A DNA stretch of 62,674 bases, counting the filler. It is 7 parts of 7 records of this genome, joined end to end, with 100 filler letters (N's around TTAATTAATTAA, not from the genome) between each part and the next. Parts side by side here need not be neighbours in the genome. Positions count along the whole stretch, not along the records: positions 28,342 to 33,427 come from SRR31147125_6101; positions 33,528 to 40,142 come from SRR31147125_6121; 5 more parts are not named here. One strand, 5' to 3'. The notes beneath the pieces were generated by a model, which saw only the letters and a program-made list of their open reading frames with translations, was not told the DNA's origin and made no database searches. How positions within the stretch are numbered: the first letter of the stretch is position 1; each line of letters begins with the position of its first letter. A program made the position numbers and the translations under genes. Of the stretch, positions 32,303-40,242 are shown in pieces.

Positions 32303-33427
32303 TTACATGAAATATCTATAATCATAAATAAAACCTTCATACTGTGAGAGCAACCATCCAATACGAGCAATTTCATTTGAGGATTCAATAGTACAAGGAA
32401 GCTTTGAATATAACCCAAAGCTATTCCAATTCATTTTTGATAACCCAAGTATTTCAGTGGCTATTTGTGACATGCTCCCACTTCCGTAATGTTTTACAAC
32501 CCGAAGAGGTAGTGGTATTGTCTTTCCTCCTTGAATATACTTGAAGTTCGGATTTCTTATAGAAGGGGCAATACCATGAGTGAATAGTAACATCTCCCTA
32601 TCATTAATTGGGAAACACATACCCCGTCGCACAGGAAAACCGTCTATAGAAAAGTCTTTTGCATGTTCAAAACATCTAATGTTATCCTCGTAGTTTATTT
32701 CGAGCAATTCGATATCATTAATATCTACTGCTGTAAGACATTTCACAAGTCCTGATATTTCTTCATCTCTAAATGGAGTTCGTTTATGTATTACTACTCG
32801 ATTTGGTAGATCGGTAAACGACTTATAAAATAGCTCTTTAATATTCAATCCTAGTCGATAAGCTTCTTCTTCTGAGAGAAAAGGATTCCTTTTACGGTCA
32901 TAAGTAACATCGCTTATTTTTGATAATTTGTACTTTAATCCTTGTCCATCAGCAGAATATATATGACTACAACCAATTACAATATCTTTACCTGATGATA
33001 TTTTGTTATTACTATAGCCAATTCCGGCAAATGCCGTATCCTTCCTAAGACCAGAGATTACCCAAGGTATTCTACATGACTTAACATAGATAGCCAATGA
33101 TAATGCCCACATAATTTGGCAAATCATATTGCTATCTACCGTTTTTTCACGAATAAACTGGGTTGCTATATTCTTCTGAACAGCGTATGCCTTAACAAAA
33201 TTATGTAAATCAAAGCGCTCTGATGCACTTGAATATGATGTTAATGGTTCAAACTCCTTCGGAATGTATATAAAAACAACATCAATTTGAGATGAACTCA
33301 ATTGATTGAGTTGTTGGTTAATTATTTCTCCAAGTTTACGAGCTGCAGTTTTAATTCCTGTATCATCTGGTATATTTAAGTCAAGCCATCTTGAAGAATC
33401 GGGATCTGGAATATTCAATCCTGCTTT
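32303..33427 (-). CDS. Prokaryotic Argonaute (MID-PIWI), catalytically inactive short-pAgo type, 5' truncated
   Basis: MID motif DLHNFVKA..TQFI..LAIYVK..PW; PIWI motifs AFAGIGYS, RVVIHKRTPF..EE, P.PL, EILGLSKMNWNS..LPCTI; C-terminus YDYRYFM. Frame is open to the contig end. Confidence 0.9.
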   Translation of the reverse strand, partial: KAGLNIPDPDSSRWLDLNIPDDTGIKTAARKLGEIINQQLNQLSSSQIDVVFIYIPKEFEPLTSYSSASERFDLHNFVKAYAVQKNIATQFIREKTVDSNMICQIMWALSLAIYVKSCRIPWVISGLRKDTAFAGIGYSNNKISSGKDIVIGCSHIYSADGQGLKYKLSKISDVTYDRKRNPFLSEEEAYRLGLNIKELFYKSFTDLPNRVVIHKRTPFRDEEISGLVKCLTAVDINDIELLEINYEDNIRCFEHAKDFSIDGFPVRRGMCFPINDREMLLFTHGIAPSIRNPNFKYIQGGKTIPLPLRVVKHYGSGSMSQIATEILGLSKMNWNSFGLYSKLPCTIESSNEIARIGWLLSQYEGFIYDYRYFM

Positions 33428-33527
33428 NNNNNNNNNNNNNNNNNNNNNNNNNNNNNNNNNNNNNNNNNNNNTTAATTAATTAANNNNNNNNNNNNNNNNN
33501 NNNNNNNNNNNNNNNNNNNNNNNNNNN
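33428..33527. other. Artificial contig spacer
   Basis: N44-TTAATTAATTAA-N44. Confidence 0.98.
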
Positions 33528-33951
33528 AAAAAAGTATCTTCAATCCCAAAATATTGTTTACTGGAAAATAAATAACAGCTAGAGGTAAAAAAGCTATTAA
33601 AGCTTTCGGATTAAATGCCTGCCCTATATACGCAGTAACAAAACCTACATCATTTCCAACATCTTCCTCATCTTCTTTTTCAACTTTTGCCTTAGAGTTC
33701 CATATTTTATAAGCTAAATAACATATATAAATAGATCCTACCACACTTACATAAAGTAGGTACTCTTTTTTTATTATTTTTTCACCTGTATAACCAAAAA
33801 TTATACATAGAGTAAATGTCGCAAGTCCAACACCAGCATAATAACCCATTGATTTCTTAATTTTACCACTAATTCCTATATTCATTCCCATGAAATTCAT
33901 AGGTCCTGGCGAATACATAATTCCAAGAGTATACAAAAACATACCTAGCAT
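33528..33951 (-). CDS. LysE-family translocator, 3' truncated
   Basis: MYSPGPMN, G..Y..YLAYKI, Q.FNPKA; start ATG 33951. Confidence 0.8.
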
Positions 33952-34073
33952 ACAATTACCCCCATTCTTTATCTTCAACTCTTTTATTGCTTCTTGAGAT
34001 AATTATATCTAAAATCAGCTTACTCTTATAGGACAATTTTGCTTTTTAATATTATATCCTATATTTCAAAATA

Positions 34074-34119
34074 AAAATACAGAAAAGAAGATTATTTCTA
34101 ACCATCTTTTCTGTATTTT
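34074..34119 (-). terminator. Intrinsic terminator after the methionine synthase-like gene
   Basis: AAAATACAGAAAAGA / TCTTTTCTGTATTTT perfect 15-bp inverted repeat. Confidence 0.65.
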
Positions 34120-34130
34120 ATATTATTTTA

Positions 34131-35264
34131 CTATTTCCAGATTTCATCAACTATTAATTTTATAAACCTAAGTTTATCCCACTGTTGCTTTTCAGTTAGA
34201 ATATTCCCTTCTTCTGTTGAGGCAAAGCCACACTGTGGACTCAAACAAATATTATCTAAATCTACATACTCCTGTACCTCTTCTATTCTTTTTAAGATAA
34301 CATCTTTCTCCTCAAGTTCACCTGTCTTCGATGAAAATAAACCTAAAACAACTATTTTATCTTTTGGAATATATCTAAGTGGTTGAAAGTCTCCTGAACG
34401 CTCATTGTCAAATTCCAGAAAATACCCTCCAATATTGTATTTACCGAACAATACCTCTGCCACAGGTTCATAACCACCAGATGCTGCCCATGTTGATCTG
34501 TAGTTCCCTCTGCACACATGAGTTGTTACAGTCAGATCACTTGGAAGGTCGACTATTGCATCATTGTTTAATTTAATAAATAATTCTAATAAATTTGATA
34601 TCTTTGTTCCACTCTCTTCAATTAGTTTAATTAAATTCTGGTCACAAAAAGCTCCCCATGTACAATCATCTAACTGTATATTCCTACAACCTGCCTTATA
34701 AAAATCCAATATTATTTCTCTATATATTCTCGAGATATCGCTAAATAGTTCTTCTCTATTTGGATAGAATTTATTTACATCATCCTCATTTTTTTCCCTT
34801 ATCAATTCTAGATAGAGTTGAGCTGGAGCTGGTATGCATTGCTTTACAACTGCTCTACCTCCAACTACTTTATGTAAAAATTTATAGTCTTCCACAAAGG
34901 GATGATACGAATAATTTAATCTTCCTTCCAAAGTTGCTGAATCGGCTCTTGTTTCAAGTTCATGAAATTGATAACCATGCTCAGCTTGATTATGTTTAAC
35001 TCCTTTTATTCCCCAGAAAAAATCTAAATGCCAATAACTTCTTCTGTACTCTCCGTCAGTTACAACCTCTAACCCTACTTCTAGTTGCTTTTCAACTAAT
35101 TTTTCTATCTCCTCATTTTCAATTTTTCTTAATTCTTTATTATTTATATTTCCTTTTGAAAATGACTCTCTTGCATCTTTTATTTCTTGTGTTCTTAAAA
35201 AACTTCCAACTATATCATATCTAAATGGTGCTTTTTCTCTTCTATTTCCCACTAGTGCACTCAT
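34131..35264 (-). CDS. Cobalamin-independent methionine synthase II-family protein (YxjH/YxjG-like)
   Basis: DIVGSFLR, TDGEYRR..WH.DF, zinc ligands HVCRGN, LEFD, LSPQCGFAS; SD AGGAGGA before ATG 35264. Confidence 0.9.
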   Translation of the reverse strand: MSALVGNRREKAPFRYDIVGSFLRTQEIKDARESFSKGNINNKELRKIENEEIEKLVEKQLEVGLEVVTDGEYRRSYWHLDFFWGIKGVKHNQAEHGYQFHELETRADSATLEGRLNYSYHPFVEDYKFLHKVVGGRAVVKQCIPAPAQLYLELIREKNEDDVNKFYPNREELFSDISRIYREIILDFYKAGCRNIQLDDCTWGAFCDQNLIKLIEESGTKISNLLELFIKLNNDAIVDLPSDLTVTTHVCRGNYRSTWAASGGYEPVAEVLFGKYNIGGYFLEFDNERSGDFQPLRYIPKDKIVVLGLFSSKTGELEEKDVILKRIEEVQEYVDLDNICLSPQCGFASTEEGNILTEKQQWDKLRFIKLIVDEIWK

Positions 35265-35336
35265 ATTTATTCCTCCTAAATGTTTAGTATTTCCCTTGTT
35301 TCTACTTATACAAATACTATAACACAATTCAAAACA

Positions 35337-35384
35337 TATAGTGTAATTCTATTTTAAACTAGTTTGATATAGCCTTTAACTATA
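35337..35384 (-). promoter_or_regulatory. Two MetR/MtaR-type LysR boxes upstream of the methionine synthase-like gene
   Basis: TATAG-N7-CTATA at 35368-35384 and TATAG-N7-CTATT at 35337-35353, 31 bp apart; resembles the streptococcal MetR/MtaR consensus TATAGTTTnAAACTATA. Confidence 0.65.
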
Positions 35385-35405
35385 TCTGTTACTATAAAGA
35401 AAGAG

Positions 35406-36311
35406 CTACGCTTTCCCAACGCAACTCTTCAATTCTTCTATAAATTTCTCAGCTAAACTCGATAGTTTTACTTTCTTATGCTGAATCCAACCAACTGTTA
35501 TCACTTGATCTATATCAAGTGGAATAGCAACTATCCCGTCACTATTTAGGTCTGAGTTTATTACACCTGTACTGATTGTATAAGCGTTTAATCCAATCAT
35601 AAGATTAAATATCGTTGCTCTATCTGATACTTTGATGTTTTTCTTATGTTGCAAAGTACTCAATATCTCTTCTGAATAATAAAATGAACTTTCCTCTCCT
35701 TGCTCAAATGATAAACAAGGATACTCTTCCAAATCCTCCAGTGCCAAAATCTTTTTCTTCGCAAGAGGATTATTTGCCCCTGTAAATATATGCGGTTTTG
35801 CGTCAAATAGTGGATAAAACTCCAGCTCATATTGTTGTAACAAATTACGAAGAATCTTCTCGTTAAAATCATCTAGGTAGATAACACCTATCTCACTTCG
35901 AAGAGTTTTAACATCATCTAAAATTTCATGAGTTCTGGTATCTTTAAATACAAACTCATACTCATCCTGTGAGTATTTCTTTATGAAATTTACGAATGCT
36001 TTCACTACAAATGCATAATGTTGAGTTGAGATGGAAAACACTTGCCTTCTGGGTTTTGCCTTCAAATATCTCTGCCTCATTAGATCATCTTGCTCAACTA
36101 CCTGCCTTGCATAACCCAAAAACTCTACTCCTTCTTGAGAGAGTACAACTCCTTTATTTGTACGTATAAATATATCAAATCCAAGTTCAGCCTCAACTTC
36201 TTTTATTGCTGAAGACAAACTAGGTTGAGAAATAAACAAAACCTTTGAAGCTTCATTTATAGAACCTTGATTTACTACTTCGATTATATATCTTAATTTT
36301 TGTAATGTCAT
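35406..36311 (-). CDS. LysR-family regulator (MtaR/MetR-like)
   Basis: MTLQKLRY..GSINEAS..LFISQPSLS..E.ELG..IF.RT.KG HTH; ISTQHYAFV, VSDRAT. Confidence 0.9.
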   Translation of the reverse strand: MTLQKLRYIIEVVNQGSINEASKVLFISQPSLSSAIKEVEAELGFDIFIRTNKGVVLSQEGVEFLGYARQVVEQDDLMRQRYLKAKPRRQVFSISTQHYAFVVKAFVNFIKKYSQDEYEFVFKDTRTHEILDDVKTLRSEIGVIYLDDFNEKILRNLLQQYELEFYPLFDAKPHIFTGANNPLAKKKILALEDLEEYPCLSFEQGEESSFYYSEEILSTLQHKKNIKVSDRATIFNLMIGLNAYTISTGVINSDLNSDGIVAIPLDIDQVITVGWIQHKKVKLSSLAEKFIEELKSCVGKA

Positions 36312-36439
36312 TATAGTCACCTCAACAAATTATACCATTTTTAATTAAAAAAATTTGTATTTATGAAACTTTTACTATAAAATATGCTTAGGTTGAATTA
36401 TAAAAACTATAAATACAAAAGCTAACACAAGGAGACATT

Positions 36440-37420
36440 ATGAAAAAACTTACATTAATATTTTTATTAGCTTTACTTACACAAATATCATTTTCAAAAA
36501 ATGAAGACTATCACTTAGAAGTTGGTACTGAGCATTTCATTAAAAACAAAGAGTATTTTAGTGATTATGCAAAGGGATATACTCTATTGGGAAGTGACGT
36601 ATACGCAGTTTATGTCATTAATAAGGGAAATCGAGAGCTAAACCTTGGAGCTCAAGTTCGTAAATATTATGGCGACGAGGGAACTAGCCTATTTGAACCA
36701 TTTATTAACATGACTCTCCGAGATAATGAGAATTTTTTTGAGATAGGAACTATCAAATATAATGATGAAACTATTCCTCAATATTTATTTGATTATGATA
36801 ATCAAAAATGGAATAATTTTGAGTATGGTTTTAACGGAAAGTTTAATAAAAATAAATTTATCCTTGTCTGGGAAAATTTCTTAGAAAAGGAAGCCAATGA
36901 GCAGGAAGAACTTTATTTCAATTACTCATATGAAGCTATTAAAAATGATAACTTTTCAACAAACATTGGTGCTTTCATTTATCATAAGGGTGGGCAAATT
37001 GACACGAGCGAAGAGGATATGCAGTTAGAGAAAAATGTGTTTCTTAATCTAGACTTTGCTTTTGACAAATTTAATATCGGAAATAATTATATATCTTCGA
37101 AGGCTATCAATAAAGAGTATGACAAAGGTTTTGGAAACTTTAGTTATATCAAAAGTAAAAATAACAAATTAACTATTGGACATTGGTTTGCTGACAGCTA
37201 TATTGCTTCAATGGCAGATGAAATCTTTCAATCAATTCTTTATGATGACACAATTCCAGAGAGTAGTGAAAGAAAATTAATTACTGCAAGTTATAACTAT
37301 GCTAAATTGATTTTTGGGAGCGTCGAATTTCAGTTTAGAACTGATGCATACTGGGATTATGATAATGGTAGTTTCGATTTTTCTAACGGTCTATATTTCA
37401 AAACAAAAGATATATTTTAA
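36440..37420 (+). CDS. Hypothetical exported protein, probable outer-membrane beta-barrel
   Basis: MKK signal peptide, aromatic-rich alternating strands, terminal Phe; SD AGGAG. Confidence 0.5.
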   Translation: MKKLTLIFLLALLTQISFSKNEDYHLEVGTEHFIKNKEYFSDYAKGYTLLGSDVYAVYVINKGNRELNLGAQVRKYYGDEGTSLFEPFINMTLRDNENFFEIGTIKYNDETIPQYLFDYDNQKWNNFEYGFNGKFNKNKFILVWENFLEKEANEQEELYFNYSYEAIKNDNFSTNIGAFIYHKGGQIDTSEEDMQLEKNVFLNLDFAFDKFNIGNNYISSKAINKEYDKGFGNFSYIKSKNNKLTIGHWFADSYIASMADEIFQSILYDDTIPESSERKLITASYNYAKLIFGSVEFQFRTDAYWDYDNGSFDFSNGLYFKTKDIF

Positions 37421-37428
37421 TAATAAAA

Positions 37429-37458
37429 AGCCACAGAGAACTCTAATCCTCTGTGGCT
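37429..37458. terminator. Bidirectional terminator between convergent genes
   Basis: AGCCACAGAG / CTCTGTGGCT perfect stem with A/T tracts on the flanks. Confidence 0.65.
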
Positions 37459-37464
37459 ATAATT

Positions 37465-38007
37465 TTATATTGATTTGCTTATTGCGAACTCCTTTACAGT
37501 TCTTCTGCTCAAAATTCTTTCTAAAATTAATGAAGCTATGAAAAACATCATAAGATTTGATATAACATGTGTAAATGTAAATCTTCCTCCAAATGAAGTA
37601 AATTCATACATAAATATCGGTAATTTCGTGGTTGACCATGCTCCTAAAAAAAATAGCACATTTGCAAGCCTTGCGTCTTTTTTTAGTAAAATTGCTGCAA
37701 TAGGAAATCCTGCATAAAGAGGCCCCGCAGCCAGTGACCCAAGAAATAGAGCAATAGCAAACCCTTTTATCCCTGAATCTTTTCCCATATATTTAATCAT
37801 TGTTTCTTTCGGAACCCATACGTCTAAAAGTCCGGTTAACATCAATATTGGTGGAAGTACCTCAAGCATTGACTTAAAATTGGTCCCAGAGTTTTTTAGT
37901 GCCTTTATTCCCGTTTCCTGATTAATAATATATATAGCTCCTATAGCAAGCAACATAAAAAATGTCCATTTATATCTCTTTATTAGCTCAATATATTTTT
38001 TATTCAT
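37465..38007 (-). CDS. Predicted permease (DUF318 / ArsP-like half)
   Basis: LPPI..L.GLLDVWVP, GSLAAGPLYAGFPIA, FLGAWS..K.P. Confidence 0.75.
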   Translation of the reverse strand: MNKKYIELIKRYKWTFFMLLAIGAIYIINQETGIKALKNSGTNFKSMLEVLPPILMLTGLLDVWVPKETMIKYMGKDSGIKGFAIALFLGSLAAGPLYAGFPIAAILLKKDARLANVLFFLGAWSTTKLPIFMYEFTSFGGRFTFTHVISNLMMFFIASLILERILSRRTVKEFAISKSI

Positions 38008-38481
38008 CTACATCACCACCCAAATTATCATTGAAAAAATTCCTGCAATCATCAAGGCGCTCACATTTCTAGCAACAGCAAATTTCCGTCCAAAATATGA
38101 TGATTCAACACCAAGTGATACTATTCCAACTGCCATTAAACTTGATACAAAAGCCGCAATCTGTGGATAAGCTGCTCCATGTGACAACAAAGCAGAGCCA
38201 AATGGAAATGCTACAAATGGTGGCATTTGTCCTATCGAGCCAAGTCCAAGAGCAAGAAAAATTCCCATAACTCCTGATTTTTCACCTAATAATCTACTTA
38301 TTAAGTCTGGTTGTAAGAGGGATATAATTACCCCTATCAAAAACAACATTGGTATAATTGTAACTAGCAGTTTATTAAGTGTTTTTAATCCTATTTTTAC
38401 AGCCTTTCTAGTTTTAGTTTTATTTGTTAAAAATGATATTACATATAAAACAGAAACTAATCCATATAAAAAATATCCCAT
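38008..38481 (-). CDS. Predicted permease (DUF318 / ArsP-like half)
   Basis: LISRLLGEKSG, P.FVAFP, GA...QIAAF.S.LM.VG; SD AGGAGG before ATG 38481; abuts the next gene. Confidence 0.75.
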   Translation of the reverse strand: MGYFLYGLVSVLYVISFLTNKTKTRKAVKIGLKTLNKLLVTIIPMLFLIGVIISLLQPDLISRLLGEKSGVMGIFLALGLGSIGQMPPFVAFPFGSALLSHGAAYPQIAAFVSSLMAVGIVSLGVESSYFGRKFAVARNVSALMIAGIFSMIIWVVM

Positions 38482-38519
38482 TTTAGTCCTCCTTATGCCT
38501 ATAGAAATTTTAAAAAAAT

Positions 38520-38577
38520 AAAGTTGCAATTTGAAACTAAAATCATTATATCACATTTAGTTTCAAATTGCAACTTT
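38520..38577. promoter_or_regulatory. Paired MarR-type operator sites forming a perfect 22-bp inverted repeat
   Basis: AAAGTTGCAATTTGAAACTAAA-N14-TTTAGTTTCAAATTGCAACTTT between divergent permease and marR genes. Each arm is itself a near-palindrome (AGTTGCAA-T-TTGAAACT). Confidence 0.7.
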
Positions 38578-38618
38578 TTGAGAAATAGGGTATAATATAC
38601 TATATTAAAAGCTTATAT

Positions 38619-39086
38619 ATGAAAGGGGAGATTTATTTGAAATACAGGTCACCAAGTAAATGCATCGCAGTTATTCACAAAAATCTAAATTACTATATTA
38701 ATAAACAGCTAGAAAATTTCAATGTAAAAAGTGACCAACTTGAGATAATACATGCACTAAATGCCAGCGAGGGTTTAGCACAAAACGAGTTAGGTGATAT
38801 TTTGCTTGAAGATAAAATTACTATCACTAAAAGGCTAAAAGGGCTGGAAAAAGAGGGATATCTAGAAAGAAAAACTGACTCTGAAGATAAGAGAGTTAAA
38901 AAACTATATTTAACAAAAAAAGGAAAAGAATTAAATGATGCTTCAAAAGAGATAGTTAAAAATGCCTCGGATATATTAACACAAAATCTATCCGAAGAAG
39001 ACAAAGAGAGTTTAGAAACTATATTACCTCAAATGTCCAAAAATATTTTTGATGCAACTTCTAACTTAAAAAATCATAAAAAATAA
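38619..39086 (+). CDS. MarR-family regulator
   Basis: Q.EL..DK.TIT..L..LEKEGY..R..D..DKR.K..YLT.KG. Confidence 0.9.
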   Translation: MKGEIYLKYRSPSKCIAVIHKNLNYYINKQLENFNVKSDQLEIIHALNASEGLAQNELGDILLEDKITITKRLKGLEKEGYLERKTDSEDKRVKKLYLTKKGKELNDASKEIVKNASDILTQNLSEEDKESLETILPQMSKNIFDATSNLKNHKK

Positions 39087-39158
39087 AATTTTACAGCAAT
39101 TTTCGTCAAATTATCTCATTTATTCTATTGTATACTTATACTACCCGGGGGTGAAATA

Positions 39159-40037
39159 ATGAACTACAAAGAATGCATTCAAAATTCAATTAACTTTATT
39201 GAAGAGAATCTACAAAAGGATTTTTCATTACAAGAGATTGCAGATAACTGCTATACTTCATACTTTCATTTCAGTAGAATATTTCGGTCAGTTTTAGGTA
39301 TATCTATGTCTGATTATGTACGAAGAAGAAGGCTTAGTAAAGCGGCACTTGAGCTTCAGAAAACAGACAAGAATATTCTAGAGATAGCCTTTGACTATCA
39401 ATTTAATTCACAGGAAACATTTACTAGAAATTTCAAAAAATATTTTGGTATTACACCTGGTAGATACAGAAAGATTAATGAAAACATCCTTTTATATGAA
39501 AAAACAGATTTCTTTATGGAGTTAAATCTAAACAACATAAAAGGAGATGTTAGAATGGACGTAAGAGTTGTAAAAAAGCCAGCTATGAAACTAGTTGGAA
39601 TAGAAAAAGCTGTAAATTATAAAAATACTCAAAATGAAAATCATAAAATCTGGAGCGAATTTATGAGTAGAAATAGTGAGATTAAAAACATGACAGATTT
39701 AGATGTTTATTATGAAGTTCTTAGTGATACTTCGTATCAACTTACTTTTAATGCATTTTTCGGTAGTGAAGTCAGCTCTATTGACTCATTACCTGAAGGG
39801 ATGATACTTAAAGAGATCCCTGAATCAAGCTACCTTGTTTTTACACACAAAGGTGCTGTAATTTCAGAAAAAGGATCACTCATCAAAGAAACTTATGACT
39901 ACATTTATGGGAAATATATCCCTAACTCTGAATATGAGTTAGCAGGAGATTTTTCATTTGAACTTTATGACAAAAATAAGTTTAAAGACCCTATGAATAA
40001 AGATAACGAATTTGATATCTATATTCCAATTAAATAA
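39159..40037 (+). CDS. AraC-family regulator with GyrI-like effector domain
   Basis: S.FHFSRIF..Y.R.RRL..AA, SQETFTR.FKK.FG.TPG.YR; C-terminal YLVFTHKG..YIY..DFSFELY..IYIPI. Confidence 0.9.
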   Translation: MNYKECIQNSINFIEENLQKDFSLQEIADNCYTSYFHFSRIFRSVLGISMSDYVRRRRLSKAALELQKTDKNILEIAFDYQFNSQETFTRNFKKYFGITPGRYRKINENILLYEKTDFFMELNLNNIKGDVRMDVRVVKKPAMKLVGIEKAVNYKNTQNENHKIWSEFMSRNSEIKNMTDLDVYYEVLSDTSYQLTFNAFFGSEVSSIDSLPEGMILKEIPESSYLVFTHKGAVISEKGSLIKETYDYIYGKYIPNSEYELAGDFSFELYDKNKFKDPMNKDNEFDIYIPIK

Positions 40038-40142
40038 CTTAAATTTTCAGGGTGATTAATAAGTCTATTTGGAATCAACAACCTACGCCACAAGCGGACG
40101 AAATATGGTTTCGCAAAAAACCACTGCGACAGTTTCAGACTA

Positions 40143-40242
40143 NNNNNNNNNNNNNNNNNNNNNNNNNNNNNNNNNNNNNNNNNNNNTTAATTAATTAANN
40201 NNNNNNNNNNNNNNNNNNNNNNNNNNNNNNNNNNNNNNNNNN
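40143..40242. other. Artificial contig spacer
   Basis: N44-TTAATTAATTAA-N44. Confidence 0.98.

Noticed and set aside
33427-33951. LysE gene as upstream partner of the pAgo
   Set aside because: They are on different contigs separated by a spacer.
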